DNA from: Candidatus Thorarchaeota archaeon
GTDB lineage: Archaea > Asgardarchaeota > Thorarchaeia > Thorarchaeales > Thorarchaeaceae
NCBI GenBank assembly: GCA_019057475.1
Contig: DXJO01000010.1
Span: 32,001 to 96,000, forward strand
Direction: 5' to 3'
DNA: 64,000 bases
In this document: positions 47,999 through 58,050 of the stretch, piece by piece
Numbering within the stretch: position 1 is the first letter of the stretch
Layout of the letters: each line of letters begins with the position of its first letter
The notes under the pieces: generated by a model
What the model was told of the DNA's origin: nothing
The model's input: only the letters and a program-made list of their open reading frames with translations
Databases searched by the model: none
Position numbers and translations under genes: made by a program

Positions 47999-48486
47999 TG
48001 CAAATCCTCCTTTGAGTAGAGTTCCTCGCTATGTTCATCATGCAGTGCCCATATCTCGCCGTCGGGGTCTCTCTCTTCGAGTTCCCTCATTGTGGTCATC
48101 CATATGGCATCAACCGGACAGCGCTTGATGCACTCATCACACTGAATGCATTTGATAGCCTTCTCTGTGTCAGGATTAATCCGGATTGCATTGTACGGAC
48201 ATGCTTCGACACAGGAGCCGGAGCCAGTGCATTTCTTGTTGTTGACAATCACAATGCCCTTCGAGGTGCGCGATAGGGCTTCCTCCGGGCACGCATCAAT
48301 GCAGGGAGCATCTTCGCAGTTTCTGCAGAAGAGGGTGAAATCTAAGCCTGGTTCAATGCGCACAGCTCTTACTCGAGACCGCTCTGGGCTTATCACCTTG
48401 AGGTAGCGCATGCTACACACATTGACACATATCATACAACCAGTGCATACTCGTGGATCTCCAATTACGAACTTCAAGTCGACCAT
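47995..48486 (-). CDS. 4Fe-4S dicluster ferredoxin subunit (AOR partner)
   Basis: CTGCMICVNVC, CRNCEDAPC...CP, further Cys clusters. Confidence 0.88.
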   Translation of the reverse strand: MVDLKFVIGDPRVCTGCMICVNVCSMRYLKVISPERSRVRAVRIEPGLDFTLFCRNCEDAPCIDACPEEALSRTSKGIVIVNNKKCTGSGSCVEACPYNAIRINPDTEKAIKCIQCDECIKRCPVDAIWMTTMRELEERDPDGEIWALHDEHSEELYSKEDLQ

Positions 48487-48489
48487 ATG

Positions 48490-49854
48490 CTACACCTCAA
48501 AGGGCTTGTTTCCTTCTCCCATCGCCAAGAACCGCCCGTGGCCTGGCTTCACTGTTGTTCGATCCTCATGAAATACTTGAGTCCCTCTCACGAAGGTCAT
48601 GGTTGGCACTCCCTTCATTTCCATTCCCTCGTAGAGTGTCCAGCCACACTTTGAAAACATCATGTCTGAGGTTATCTTCTCCTCTTTCGTGACATCTACG
48701 ATGACGAAGTCTGCATCAGACCCGACCTGTAGTATCCCCTTCTTTGGATACAGGCCGAATATCTTTGCAGGCTTTCGAGAGGTCACATCGAGCAGCCTTG
48801 AGAACGAGAGCCTGCCTCTATTGATTCCCTCTGAGAGGAGAATTCTGAGTATCATTTGGATCCCATCCGCTCCTGCCCAGGCTTCCCTGATATCATCATT
48901 TCCTGCCTCCTTCTTCTCAATAGGACACGGGGCATGATCGCTGACCGTCATATCGATGATTCCACGGAGAAGCGCCGACCAAAGCGCGGCTCGGTCAACT
49001 TTCGACCTCAGTGGCGGGTTCATCTTACTCTTGGGACCCAGTATATTCATCTCATCGCGCTGGAATACTAGGTGATGTGGACACACTTCGGTTGTGACCT
49101 TCACGCCTCCCAGCTTTCCACGTTCAACTTCACTTATGCCCTCTCGCGTGGTGATATGCGCAACGTGCAGATGGCCTCCTGTCTGGTGAGCAATCCCAAC
49201 CACCTGGCGTACAGCAAGACTCTCTGCAATGTTAGGTCTGGACAATGCATGACTCACTGGGGCATCCCGGTCCCCTTCTAGGTCTCTACCAAACTCATCC
49301 AAGATCCCTTGGTCTTCAGAGTGCACTGTGATGTGACCGCCATGCTCAGAGACCTCACTGAGGAGACGGACAATCACTCCTGCATTGGTTTCATATGGTT
49401 CACACGTGAATGCCTTGAACCCAGCGATTCCCTTCCCAATCATCAGAGGGACGATTGGTACATTTTCGGAGTTCATCATTCCAGCATAGAATGAGAAATC
49501 TATGATGGACATGGACTCGCCTTGACAGATTTTTTCCTCCACAGTTTTAACTAAATCGACTTGGCTTGTGAGAGGCATGTCTATGACCGTAGTGACACCG
49601 CCAGCTGCAGCAGCTCTAGAGCCAGTGGTGAAGTCTTCATGGTCAAGCATCTTAGGGTCGTGCAGGTGGGCATGTCCATCTATCAGCCCAGGCATCAAGA
49701 CTTTTCCTTCGGCATCTATGACTGTGTCAGCGTTTGGAAGATGCTCGTCGGTTGCTATGGCACAAATCTTGCCACCATTGACGCCAAGTCCCCCTCGTAT
49801 GAGGCCTGACTCAAGAAGCAATCTTGCATTTTTGACAACAAGATCCACAGGCAC
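48490..49854 (-). CDS. Cyclic amidohydrolase (allantoinase/dihydropyrimidinase/dihydroorotase family)
   Basis: DGHAH, GGVTT, FKAF, VHSED, EVCPHHL, NPPLR, SDHAP. Confidence 0.9.
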   Translation of the reverse strand: MPVDLVVKNARLLLESGLIRGGLGVNGGKICAIATDEHLPNADTVIDAEGKVLMPGLIDGHAHLHDPKMLDHEDFTTGSRAAAAGGVTTVIDMPLTSQVDLVKTVEEKICQGESMSIIDFSFYAGMMNSENVPIVPLMIGKGIAGFKAFTCEPYETNAGVIVRLLSEVSEHGGHITVHSEDQGILDEFGRDLEGDRDAPVSHALSRPNIAESLAVRQVVGIAHQTGGHLHVAHITTREGISEVERGKLGGVKVTTEVCPHHLVFQRDEMNILGPKSKMNPPLRSKVDRAALWSALLRGIIDMTVSDHAPCPIEKKEAGNDDIREAWAGADGIQMILRILLSEGINRGRLSFSRLLDVTSRKPAKIFGLYPKKGILQVGSDADFVIVDVTKEEKITSDMMFSKCGWTLYEGMEMKGVPTMTFVRGTQVFHEDRTTVKPGHGRFLAMGEGNKPFEV

Positions 49855-49897
49855 TTCTTGTTCTCATCTCCAAATCTGATTGTGAAGCCGCGCCAAG

Positions 49898-50179
49898 TTA
49901 ACCGCCACCCACAGGTGGGAACAGGGCGACAGCATCATTGTCGGCCAGCTCCGTTTCATATCTATCAAGCAGCTCGATTCGCTTGCCATTCACCATGCAC
50001 GAGAAGAACTTTTTGAGCTCATCCGTCTTAGGGTCGATGACCACATCTATGAACGGTTTTCCAAACTGCTTCTTGAGTTTGTCCAGCAGCTCTCGTACAT
50101 TCTTCGCATCCATCTCCATGCTCCTCATACCAGTAATCTCACGAACAGTGGCGAAGAACTTCACAGTAACCGTTGCCAA
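49898..50179 (-). CDS. MoaD/SAMP ubiquitin-like sulfur carrier
   Basis: VKFFATVRE...FPPVGGG C terminus. Confidence 0.92.
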   Translation of the reverse strand: MATVTVKFFATVREITGMRSMEMDAKNVRELLDKLKKQFGKPFIDVVIDPKTDELKKFFSCMVNGKRIELLDRYETELADNDAVALFPPVGGG

Positions 50180-50273
50180 AGGTAGTCACCTAACACCGAA
50201 CTCTGGAACCAAGAGATTAAAACACTTTCACTCTGACACTACGTCTCGCGATTCCAAATGGAGTGTTGCACGA

Positions 50274-51158
50274 GTGGATATAGTCGTAGTTGGTCACCTC
50301 AGCAGAGACCTCTTAGTCACGCCGGAAACTACGAGAGAGATCTTGGGTGGGGGAACTGCATACGCTATGCTGGCACCATCTCTTGGCATATCGAAGTGTG
50401 GGATAGTTAGCTGTATTGGCGATGACTTCGAACAGGCGTACATGAGGACTCTTGTGAAGTCAGGTCTTGACGTGACTGGTGTTGATCGAGGGGGACAGCA
50501 TACAACACGATTCGTCAATCAATATGACTCCAACGGTGTTAGGACACAACGCGTCGAAGCAATCGCGGCACCAATCAGGAAGAACGCACTCTTGGAACAC
50601 CATCTCCAGAGCCGGGCTATCCACTTCTGTCCTCTTATTGGAGAGATAGATATCTCGTGCATAAAGGCCGCGAAGGAGGCGGGTGTCTTAGTTTCACTGG
50701 ACCCCCAAGGGTTTCTGCGCACCGTGCAGGGTGACCGGGTGGTTCCGAAGGAATGGACTGACCGCGCTGCTGTTCTAGAGCACGTTGATGTTCTGAAGCT
50801 CGACGAGGATGAGCTCCAGAGTGCCGTGGGCATTGCCACTGAACTCGATGCAGTAGGCAAGATTCTCAACGAAGGGCCTGAGATTGTGATTGTGACAAGG
50901 GATAGACGAGGATCGACAATCTACACTCAGGAGGACAAGATTGACATCCCGCTAATCTTGGCGGATCAGCTTGTTGACGCCACTGGTTCAGGTGACACCT
51001 ATGCCGTCGGTTTCCTAATTGAGTATGCCAGGAATGAGAACCTGAGGCAAGCTGGAGTGTTCGGTGCCTCATGTGCCTCGTTCAATCTTGAAACCATGGG
51101 GCCCTATGAGATGCCTACTAGGGGACAGGTGGAATCTCGAATTAAGTCGTACGTATAG
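50274..51158 (+). CDS. PfkB/ribokinase family carbohydrate kinase
   Basis: GGGTAY, DATGSGD; probable GTG start at 50274. Confidence 0.88.
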   Translation: MDIVVVGHLSRDLLVTPETTREILGGGTAYAMLAPSLGISKCGIVSCIGDDFEQAYMRTLVKSGLDVTGVDRGGQHTTRFVNQYDSNGVRTQRVEAIAAPIRKNALLEHHLQSRAIHFCPLIGEIDISCIKAAKEAGVLVSLDPQGFLRTVQGDRVVPKEWTDRAAVLEHVDVLKLDEDELQSAVGIATELDAVGKILNEGPEIVIVTRDRRGSTIYTQEDKIDIPLILADQLVDATGSGDTYAVGFLIEYARNENLRQAGVFGASCASFNLETMGPYEMPTRGQVESRIKSYV

Positions 51159-51210
51159 CTGACGGAAGAAGGCTTTTCACATACCTAAATGGCATCTGAG
51201 CAAGACTGGA

Positions 51211-52404
51211 GTGACAACGGTGCTTGAAGATCTAGACGCTCTGATGGATGTAAATGAAATTGATGCTCTCCTCGTTGTTGGCAATGTATTCGAGGTGCCA
51301 GATATCTACTGGCTCACAGGATTCAGGTCTCCGGATACTATCACCTACTTTCACAGTAAGGGCAACAAACCCGTTGGGATAGCTGGATTCAACACAATCA
51401 AACGAATTAAGACACAGAGTTTTCTAAAGAGAACGTACGACATCTCTGAACTCCTTCTGAAGTTCAGGAAGGCAGGAAAGAGGGCAGCCGATCGTCCTGA
51501 CATCGTGTACGGGACAATCCTTCAGGAACACTTCACTGGCAAAATTCTGGGAGTTCCTAATCATCTTCCAGCTCGGATACTTGTGGCTATCCAGAAGCTT
51601 GGATACACTGTCAAAGTGGTTCCAGACCTGCTCAAGGATGCACGTGCCACCAAGTCGAAGGCTGAGATCAAGACTATCAAGAAGGCAGGAGATGCTACAA
51701 TCAGCGCGATTGAGCGAATTGCTAAGATGATTAAGAAGTCCAAGGTGGGACCAAAGAAGCAGCTCCTCTTGAAGAGTAATCCTCTGACCGTGCAGGACAT
51801 TAAGCTCGCTCTTGAGCACTTCTTGCTGGACAGAGGGGCCGAGTCAGCAGAGGACGCGATTGCCGCTGTGGGCAAGAAAGGCTTCGATTGGCACTATCTC
51901 GGAGCTCCAAAAGATGTGCTCAAGGCTGGAGTTCCCATAATCCTTGATGTCTTTCCTAGACTGAAGCAGGAGAGGTATGTGGCAGACGTCACTCGCACTG
52001 TAGTCAAGGGGCAGCCGCATAAGAACGTGCACGCAATGTTCGAGGCGGTCATTGCCGCTTCAGATGCAGTCGTTGATGCGCTCACTGATGATGCGCCCAT
52101 TGATGAAGTAAACATGGCTTGTTATCAAACATTGAAAAAGCACGGGTTTGATTCAACTAGGCTGAATCCTGAAGCTGTCGAGGGAATGACGCACGGTCTA
52201 GGTCATGGGATTGGCTTGGAAGTTCACGAGAATCCAAGCTTCTATGATCGGGAGGGGGGGTTCGTTGCGGGTCATGTTGTAGCGATTGAACCCGGTGTCT
52301 ACCTGAAGGCTCATGGTGGCGTCAGAATCGAGAATGACTATGCAGTCACCACGCGAAAGCCTAAACGATTGACCATTGGACTCGACGACATCATGTACTT
52401 GTAG
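51211..52404 (+). CDS. Xaa-Pro aminopeptidase (M24B)
   Basis: ADVTRT, HGLGHGIGLEVHE, IEPGVY, GVRIEND. Confidence 0.92.
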   Translation: MTTVLEDLDALMDVNEIDALLVVGNVFEVPDIYWLTGFRSPDTITYFHSKGNKPVGIAGFNTIKRIKTQSFLKRTYDISELLLKFRKAGKRAADRPDIVYGTILQEHFTGKILGVPNHLPARILVAIQKLGYTVKVVPDLLKDARATKSKAEIKTIKKAGDATISAIERIAKMIKKSKVGPKKQLLLKSNPLTVQDIKLALEHFLLDRGAESAEDAIAAVGKKGFDWHYLGAPKDVLKAGVPIILDVFPRLKQERYVADVTRTVVKGQPHKNVHAMFEAVIAASDAVVDALTDDAPIDEVNMACYQTLKKHGFDSTRLNPEAVEGMTHGLGHGIGLEVHENPSFYDREGGFVAGHVVAIEPGVYLKAHGGVRIENDYAVTTRKPKRLTIGLDDIMYL

Positions 52405-52420
52405 CATATCGCCCATTCAG

Positions 52421-53515
52421 TCAGTTGTAGCTCAGGGCGTCATGCGGACAGACCGAGATACACATACCACAAGCTTGACATCTTGATTTGTCGAAGCGCA
52501 GTTCCTGTCCTTCCTTATCAGTTGATATTGCTTCATAGACACAGGACTTCTCACAGAGTCCACAGAGTGTGCATTTCTCCATGTCTACCTTTGGAGGTGG
52601 CGTGAAAACGATTTTCTTTGTGAGGTGCTTAAGCCCCAACCCTCGCACGTCTTCTACCGAGTCATAGCCATGAGCATCCAGCCACTTGTCCATCTCAGAT
52701 GCAATGCGGCCATACACAGTCTGCCCCTCTAGGATTGCAGCTGTGCATACCTCGACAGCATGAGCTCCGGCCATGATGAATTCTATCGCGTCTTCTCCGT
52801 CGCTAACTCCTCCCACACCGATCACAGGCTTTCGGATTGCCCGGGCGATGTCTGCCACACACCGTATTGCTACTGGTTTTATTGATGCACCACTAAGCCA
52901 ACCGTAGCCCGATTCACTCCCCAGCATGGGTTTACCGGTTTCTATGTCAATTCTGAGACATGGTCCCAGTGAGTTTATCGCGACCACTCCATCGACGTAA
53001 GGTTCCACTGACTTGGCTACTTCGACAACATCTACCTTCGGACTAAGCTTCGCAAAGATGGGTATCTCAACAGCCTCACGCAACGCCTTTGCAATTTCGA
53101 CATGCCCACCAACATAATGGGTACTGAATTCCAGTGCATGGACTCCCGCCTTCTCAATCTTCGGCGCGAGGCCAGCAACGTCTTCCGGAGTGTATCCTAG
53201 ACTAGCAATCACAGGAAGACCAGTGTCCAATGCGATTTTGTATTCCTTGTCAAGCCACTGTTCAATCGGCAGCTCGCTCCATAGTTCTGCGTTGAGGATG
53301 CCCCGTCTTGAGCCTGCTCTTCCTTTGCGAACTGCAACAATGTTCGGGGTGGGCACTTTTGCAGCGCTCACGCTTACAGTCTTTGCAACGAGTCCGCCTG
53401 CGCCACCTTTTGCAGCCACGAGAAGAGTATCGCCGTCACGCGCTCCAGGGCCAGCAGCAGTAAGAACGGGATTCCTAAGAGTGAAACTTGTGACTTCGAC
53501 ACTGAGGTCAGCCAT
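52421..53515 (-). CDS. Dihydropyrimidine/dihydroorotate dehydrogenase-like flavoprotein (PreA-like) with C-terminal 2x[4Fe-4S]
   Basis: NPVLTAAGP, AKT, AKLSP, AINS, GWLSG, GVGG; CTLCGLC...C and CQACGMC...CP. Confidence 0.85.
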   Translation of the reverse strand: MADLSVEVTSFTLRNPVLTAAGPGARDGDTLLVAAKGGAGGLVAKTVSVSAAKVPTPNIVAVRKGRAGSRRGILNAELWSELPIEQWLDKEYKIALDTGLPVIASLGYTPEDVAGLAPKIEKAGVHALEFSTHYVGGHVEIAKALREAVEIPIFAKLSPKVDVVEVAKSVEPYVDGVVAINSLGPCLRIDIETGKPMLGSESGYGWLSGASIKPVAIRCVADIARAIRKPVIGVGGVSDGEDAIEFIMAGAHAVEVCTAAILEGQTVYGRIASEMDKWLDAHGYDSVEDVRGLGLKHLTKKIVFTPPPKVDMEKCTLCGLCEKSCVYEAISTDKEGQELRFDKSRCQACGMCISVCPHDALSYN

Positions 53516-53516
53516 T

Positions 53517-55454
53517 TTATTTTCCTCTAGCAAGCATCTTTCTCTTCGCTAGGTCGTCAGCAACATAATCGAGACCAAGCTCTTGAAGCTTCTCTCTCTT
53601 CGGAAATCCTGTTTCCCTGTCACAACCCCTGAAATCGTAGTACTCGTCCAGCATCTCGTCTAGGTCGGGAAGTCCACCCTTCGCTGGGCCTGTGGGCATG
53701 GGCTCCTTGAGCAGCCTTTGAGGTAAGTTCTCTTGCTTTCGCGTGATTCCTAGTCTGTGGTTATACGCGCGCCTCAGATGGCTAATCCTCTCAGCCGCCT
53801 GCTTTACGTATTTCGTGTCGGACCATTCAGTCATCCCCGTCAGCGGCGAGATAACATTCACAAACGTATCATAGTAGTAAATTGGCGGCCACATCGTGGA
53901 ATACTTGCAAATGACTGCAGAGTCAACTAACGCGTATAGGTCCTCAATGTCCTTGATAATCTCACCCTTATGTTTTGGTGACATTATGTCCAGTATTTCA
54001 TCGGCTTTCTCCGCACCGAATCTCTCACTCACAATATCCGGATAGCCCAGTTCTTCAAGACTGGATAGACTCCTGAGATGGTCTGCTCCTCTCACATTAG
54101 TGGCGTAGGTGAGACCTACCGACTGGTGCGCTCTCGGATCTTGTCCTGAAGCCTCAAGCCCTTTCACATGCACCGCGTATTTCCAAGCGTCCCCGCCAAT
54201 AATCTCAGCTGCTTTCCTCACGCCCTTGGAAAGCATGTCACCTATCCCCTCGCGTTTGCCAATCATCTCAACGAGCTTGACCATGGAGTCCACATTACCC
54301 CACGAGAGGTCGAGTCCATCGGTGTCCTTCTTTGTTAGAATGCCTTTCTCCCAAAGCTCCATTGCAAAGCCTATGGTCTTGCCGCATGAAATCGTATCCA
54401 TCCCAATCAGGTCACACCTTGTACCCATATGGAATATGGACTCGACATCATTATTCAGACAATTGGAACCAAATGCCATGAGTGTTTCGTATTCTGGCCC
54501 TCCTGCCGGCCCTCCTCCGAATGCGCCTTCCTTCACCTTGTATATGTATTTGCATCCAATTGCGCATCCGTGACATGCCTCCTGAGTGGTTCGGTAATTC
54601 TCAGCAATTGTTTCAGGCCCGATATCATCAGCCTGCTCGTAGAACCCTGTCCAGTGATTTTTCGTAGGCAGTCTGCCTATCTCGTTGATGATGGCAACAA
54701 GGTCAGTTGTGCCGTACTTCCTCAAAGAAGCCAATGATGCAGTCCAGAGTGGGTCGTTTAGCTTGGCCATTTCCTCAGCATTGGCCTCTAGGTACTTGTC
54801 CATATCATGGACCTCAAGGCCAAGCGAACCCCTGCACGCAATGCCCTTCACATTCTTGGAACCCAAAACTGCTCCAATGCCACAACGGCCTGCGGCACGA
54901 TAAACATCTACTATAACGCTGGCATACGATACCAACTTTTCTCCTGCTGTTCCAATTACAGCGGTTTCGACAGCGGGGTCTTTGTGCTCCTCTCGAATCA
55001 TCTGAGTGGTGATATCGGTTTCGCGTCCCCAAAGATCGGAAGCATCAAGAAGTTCAGCATGTCCGTCACGGAGGAAGAGGTACACATGCTTCGGTGACCT
55101 GCCACGAATCACCACGAAGTCAAAACCTGCGTACTTCATCTCTGGTCCAAAGAATCCACCTACATGGCTTTCAGCCCAGACGCCTGTGAGTGGCCCCTTT
55201 GCCGCGAACATCATTCGTCCTGACGGTGAGAACATAGAACCTGTGAGTGGCCCAGTACCTATGACAACCACGTTGTCCGGTGAGAGCGGATCTGTGTCTG
55301 GTCCGGTCGAGTCCCATAGTATCCTTGCTGCGACACCTGAGCCCCCCAAGTACAGTCGCGCCCATTCCTTCTCCATCTCGCGCTTGTGGATTTTACCCTT
55401 AGTAAGGTCGACATCCAGGTAGTGCCCTGCGTATCCCTTGTATGGAAACGTCAT
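53517..55454 (-). CDS. W/Mo aldehyde:ferredoxin oxidoreductase family protein (second paralog)
   Basis: GPLTG, GRCGIGAVLGSKN, CHGCAIGC, GPEYET, GMDTIS, RGADH. Confidence 0.93.
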   Translation of the reverse strand: MTFPYKGYAGHYLDVDLTKGKIHKREMEKEWARLYLGGSGVAARILWDSTGPDTDPLSPDNVVVIGTGPLTGSMFSPSGRMMFAAKGPLTGVWAESHVGGFFGPEMKYAGFDFVVIRGRSPKHVYLFLRDGHAELLDASDLWGRETDITTQMIREEHKDPAVETAVIGTAGEKLVSYASVIVDVYRAAGRCGIGAVLGSKNVKGIACRGSLGLEVHDMDKYLEANAEEMAKLNDPLWTASLASLRKYGTTDLVAIINEIGRLPTKNHWTGFYEQADDIGPETIAENYRTTQEACHGCAIGCKYIYKVKEGAFGGGPAGGPEYETLMAFGSNCLNNDVESIFHMGTRCDLIGMDTISCGKTIGFAMELWEKGILTKKDTDGLDLSWGNVDSMVKLVEMIGKREGIGDMLSKGVRKAAEIIGGDAWKYAVHVKGLEASGQDPRAHQSVGLTYATNVRGADHLRSLSSLEELGYPDIVSERFGAEKADEILDIMSPKHKGEIIKDIEDLYALVDSAVICKYSTMWPPIYYYDTFVNVISPLTGMTEWSDTKYVKQAAERISHLRRAYNHRLGITRKQENLPQRLLKEPMPTGPAKGGLPDLDEMLDEYYDFRGCDRETGFPKREKLQELGLDYVADDLAKRKMLARGK

Positions 55455-55456
55455 CT

Positions 55457-55969
55457 CTACGCATCCACCTCCGAGAGGCCGTACGCTGTTCTTAGGTTCC
55501 GAACGCTATCACTTCGGCCCCGAAGTCCATGGCTGTCAGTTGATTGCAATGATATGGCCTGATACGTGCATGCGTCGATGCAGGCGGGTTCTCCTCCACA
55601 GAGGTCACACTTGATTGCCTTCCTAAGAAGAGGGTCTATCGCGATGCCCCCATAGATGCAGGCAGTTACACAGTTGGAGCATCCAATGCATAGGTCGTGA
55701 TTAACCGTGAGAACACCAGCGCTGTTCTCAGAGATCGCACCTGTTGGGCAAGCCTCAGCACAGAGCGGCGAATCGCACTGCAAACAGACCATCGGTATGA
55801 CCATCGCCCGAAATTCCTCCTTGAGAATTTGGATTCTTGCACGAGCCGGGTTGAATGTATTTGTGTGGTGTACTGAACAGGCCAGCTCACAGTTTCGGCA
55901 ACCGGTACAGAGATTATTATCTATTGCAAGGGCTTTCCTCAAGTCACTCGAGCTCTCCTTGGTCACCAT
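55457..55969 (-). CDS. 4Fe-4S dicluster ferredoxin subunit (AOR partner)
   Basis: CTGCRNCELAC, CLQCDSPLC...CP, CIGCSNC, KCDLC. Confidence 0.9.
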   Translation of the reverse strand: MVTKESSSDLRKALAIDNNLCTGCRNCELACSVHHTNTFNPARARIQILKEEFRAMVIPMVCLQCDSPLCAEACPTGAISENSAGVLTVNHDLCIGCSNCVTACIYGGIAIDPLLRKAIKCDLCGGEPACIDACTYQAISLQSTDSHGLRGRSDSVRNLRTAYGLSEVDA

Positions 55970-56158
55970 GTCAGGCTCTTCCCTCTTTCAACCGGTCCTT
56001 TAAGATGTTGCCATAGTCCCATGGAGTCTATCTATGCCGCCAGTGGCCCGTTGATATATCACATTAAGATATATACAATGATGTGGGCCTGCAAATGTCG
56101 GACAGTTAGCTCTTCGATAGCTTTTCTGTTCTCTAGACTCCACTTGTTGGCCTGAATC

Positions 56159-57958
56159 ATGACTCCACAGACCAAGAAACCAACGACTGCATTTCGCTCA
56201 GCGAGAGCAAGAGATCAAGAGATGTTCGATAAGATATCTCTCGCAGTAGTGGAGTTTGACCCTGAGCTAAACGTACTATATGCGAATCCGGCTGCACAGA
56301 ATCTTCTAGGCATGAAACAGTCGGACATTGACACAGGATTGCACGTTTCTGATTTGGTTGTTTCCGAGCAGGTGAAACTTGTTCAGGAGGCTTTCAGACG
56401 CCTTCGGAATGGTGCTGAGCCTACTTCGCTCTCTCTAAGAGCAGTACGCAAAGATGGGATTCAGATTCCCATTGAAGTGTTCGCCGACATGATTCATCAC
56501 CGCGGCAAGCTCAAGGGCTATGTTGTGTACGCAACCGATATGACACGTCGCGCACAAATCGTGGACAAGCTCAGAGAGAAAAGCGCGTTCTTCAAGACCG
56601 CCGTTGAATACTCGCATGTGGGCATATTCCAAGTAGGACACAACTTTAGATTCGAATACATGAATGACAGACTCTGCGATATGGTGGGCCGGACTCGGAG
56701 TGAGCTTCTGGGACACGATTTCCGCGAATTCCTTCACCCCGACAGTGTGGACCTTGTTGCAGACCGTTATGTGAGGCGACAACGTGGGGAAAAGGTACCA
56801 TCGGTATATCAGTTCAAAATCGTCCGGAAGAACGGCACGCCAAGGGATGTAGAGATATCAAGCACCTCCATGATGGGTCGGGATGGTAGGATGAACACCA
56901 TCGGCCAGATTCTGGACATCACAGAGGAAGTGGAGAGCAAACAAGCTCTTGGGGAGAGCGAACGTAGATACCGTGATCTTGTAGAAACCATGGATGACGG
57001 GTTGGCCACAGATGACGAGATCGGAGTGATTACCTACGTCAATGACGCTTTCTGCAAGATGTTAGGTTATACTCGTGATGAGATAGTTGGCCTTTCAGGA
57101 TACGAGATTTTTCACAGTATCACTCAGAACGGCTATGGCAACAAATCCATCGCCCGTGCGGAGGGGATCACCGAGCACTATGAGGCTGAATTGCTCGCCA
57201 AGAATGGTACAACAGTGCCGGTCATGGTTTCCGCTTGCCCACTCCCAACAGAGAGTGGGGATTACAAGGGAAGTTTCGCGTTATTCACTGACATTTCCGA
57301 ACTCAAGAGTGTTGAGGCCGAAGCGCGCTTCCTACTTGATTTGATACTTCATGACATAGGCAACCAGTTGCAGTTGGTTCTTGCCGGTGCCGACCTTGCC
57401 AACAAGGAGTCGTCCCCCGAAGTCATTGAGACTGCCCAACAATACATCCTAGATGGTGCACACCGTTGTATTGAGCTGATTCACAAGGTACGAAGTGCAG
57501 AGGAGTCAAAGGTTGAGCCTCTCAGGCCAATGGACTTGATTGAAGTGGTGGTTGGCGAGGCGCTTTTGCTTGCACGACAGCATGGCGTTACTCCTAAGAT
57601 GAAGAATCTGCCAGAAACATTGATGGTTAATGCTGATAGTGCCCTGAGTCAGCTTGTATGGAACCTCATGGAGAATGCAACAAAACATAACAGGAATCCT
57701 AAGAAGAGAATATGGATCAACGGACGGAGGGTGAGAGGGAACAAGTTCAAGATTACTATTGCTGACAACGGGCCAGGTCTGAGTGATTCGAAGAAAATTC
57801 AGGTATTCAGCTCAGAACGGAGATTCGGTGGGGTGGGTCTTCATCTTGTGCGACGTCTGATCAAGAAGTATGGCGCCATGCTTGAAATCAAGGACCGTGT
57901 GCGGGGCAGGCCAGGCAAAGGTCTCAAGGTTATAATCACGTTTGATATTCTCAAATAG
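56159..57958 (+). CDS. Triple-PAS sensor histidine kinase
   Basis: Three PAS-like repeats; H-box LHDIGNQL, N-box NLMENATKH, DNGPG, GVGL. Confidence 0.9.
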   Translation: MTPQTKKPTTAFRSARARDQEMFDKISLAVVEFDPELNVLYANPAAQNLLGMKQSDIDTGLHVSDLVVSEQVKLVQEAFRRLRNGAEPTSLSLRAVRKDGIQIPIEVFADMIHHRGKLKGYVVYATDMTRRAQIVDKLREKSAFFKTAVEYSHVGIFQVGHNFRFEYMNDRLCDMVGRTRSELLGHDFREFLHPDSVDLVADRYVRRQRGEKVPSVYQFKIVRKNGTPRDVEISSTSMMGRDGRMNTIGQILDITEEVESKQALGESERRYRDLVETMDDGLATDDEIGVITYVNDAFCKMLGYTRDEIVGLSGYEIFHSITQNGYGNKSIARAEGITEHYEAELLAKNGTTVPVMVSACPLPTESGDYKGSFALFTDISELKSVEAEARFLLDLILHDIGNQLQLVLAGADLANKESSPEVIETAQQYILDGAHRCIELIHKVRSAEESKVEPLRPMDLIEVVVGEALLLARQHGVTPKMKNLPETLMVNADSALSQLVWNLMENATKHNRNPKKRIWINGRRVRGNKFKITIADNGPGLSDSKKIQVFSSERRFGGVGLHLVRRLIKKYGAMLEIKDRVRGRPGKGLKVIITFDILK

Positions 57959-58050
57959 GCTCGTAATCTGAACTCTCTTCTAGCGCTCTTTGCACCGCAA
58001 TCGTTATCTCTCACGCAGATGAGTTATCATGTTGCATCGGAGGTCATAGG

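Noticed and set aside
49938-50273. N-terminal extension of the PfkB ORF (likewise 10269-10454, 16617-16838 and 27629-27697 for their ORFs)
   Set aside because: These extensions overlap neighbouring genes; downstream starts match the family N termini.
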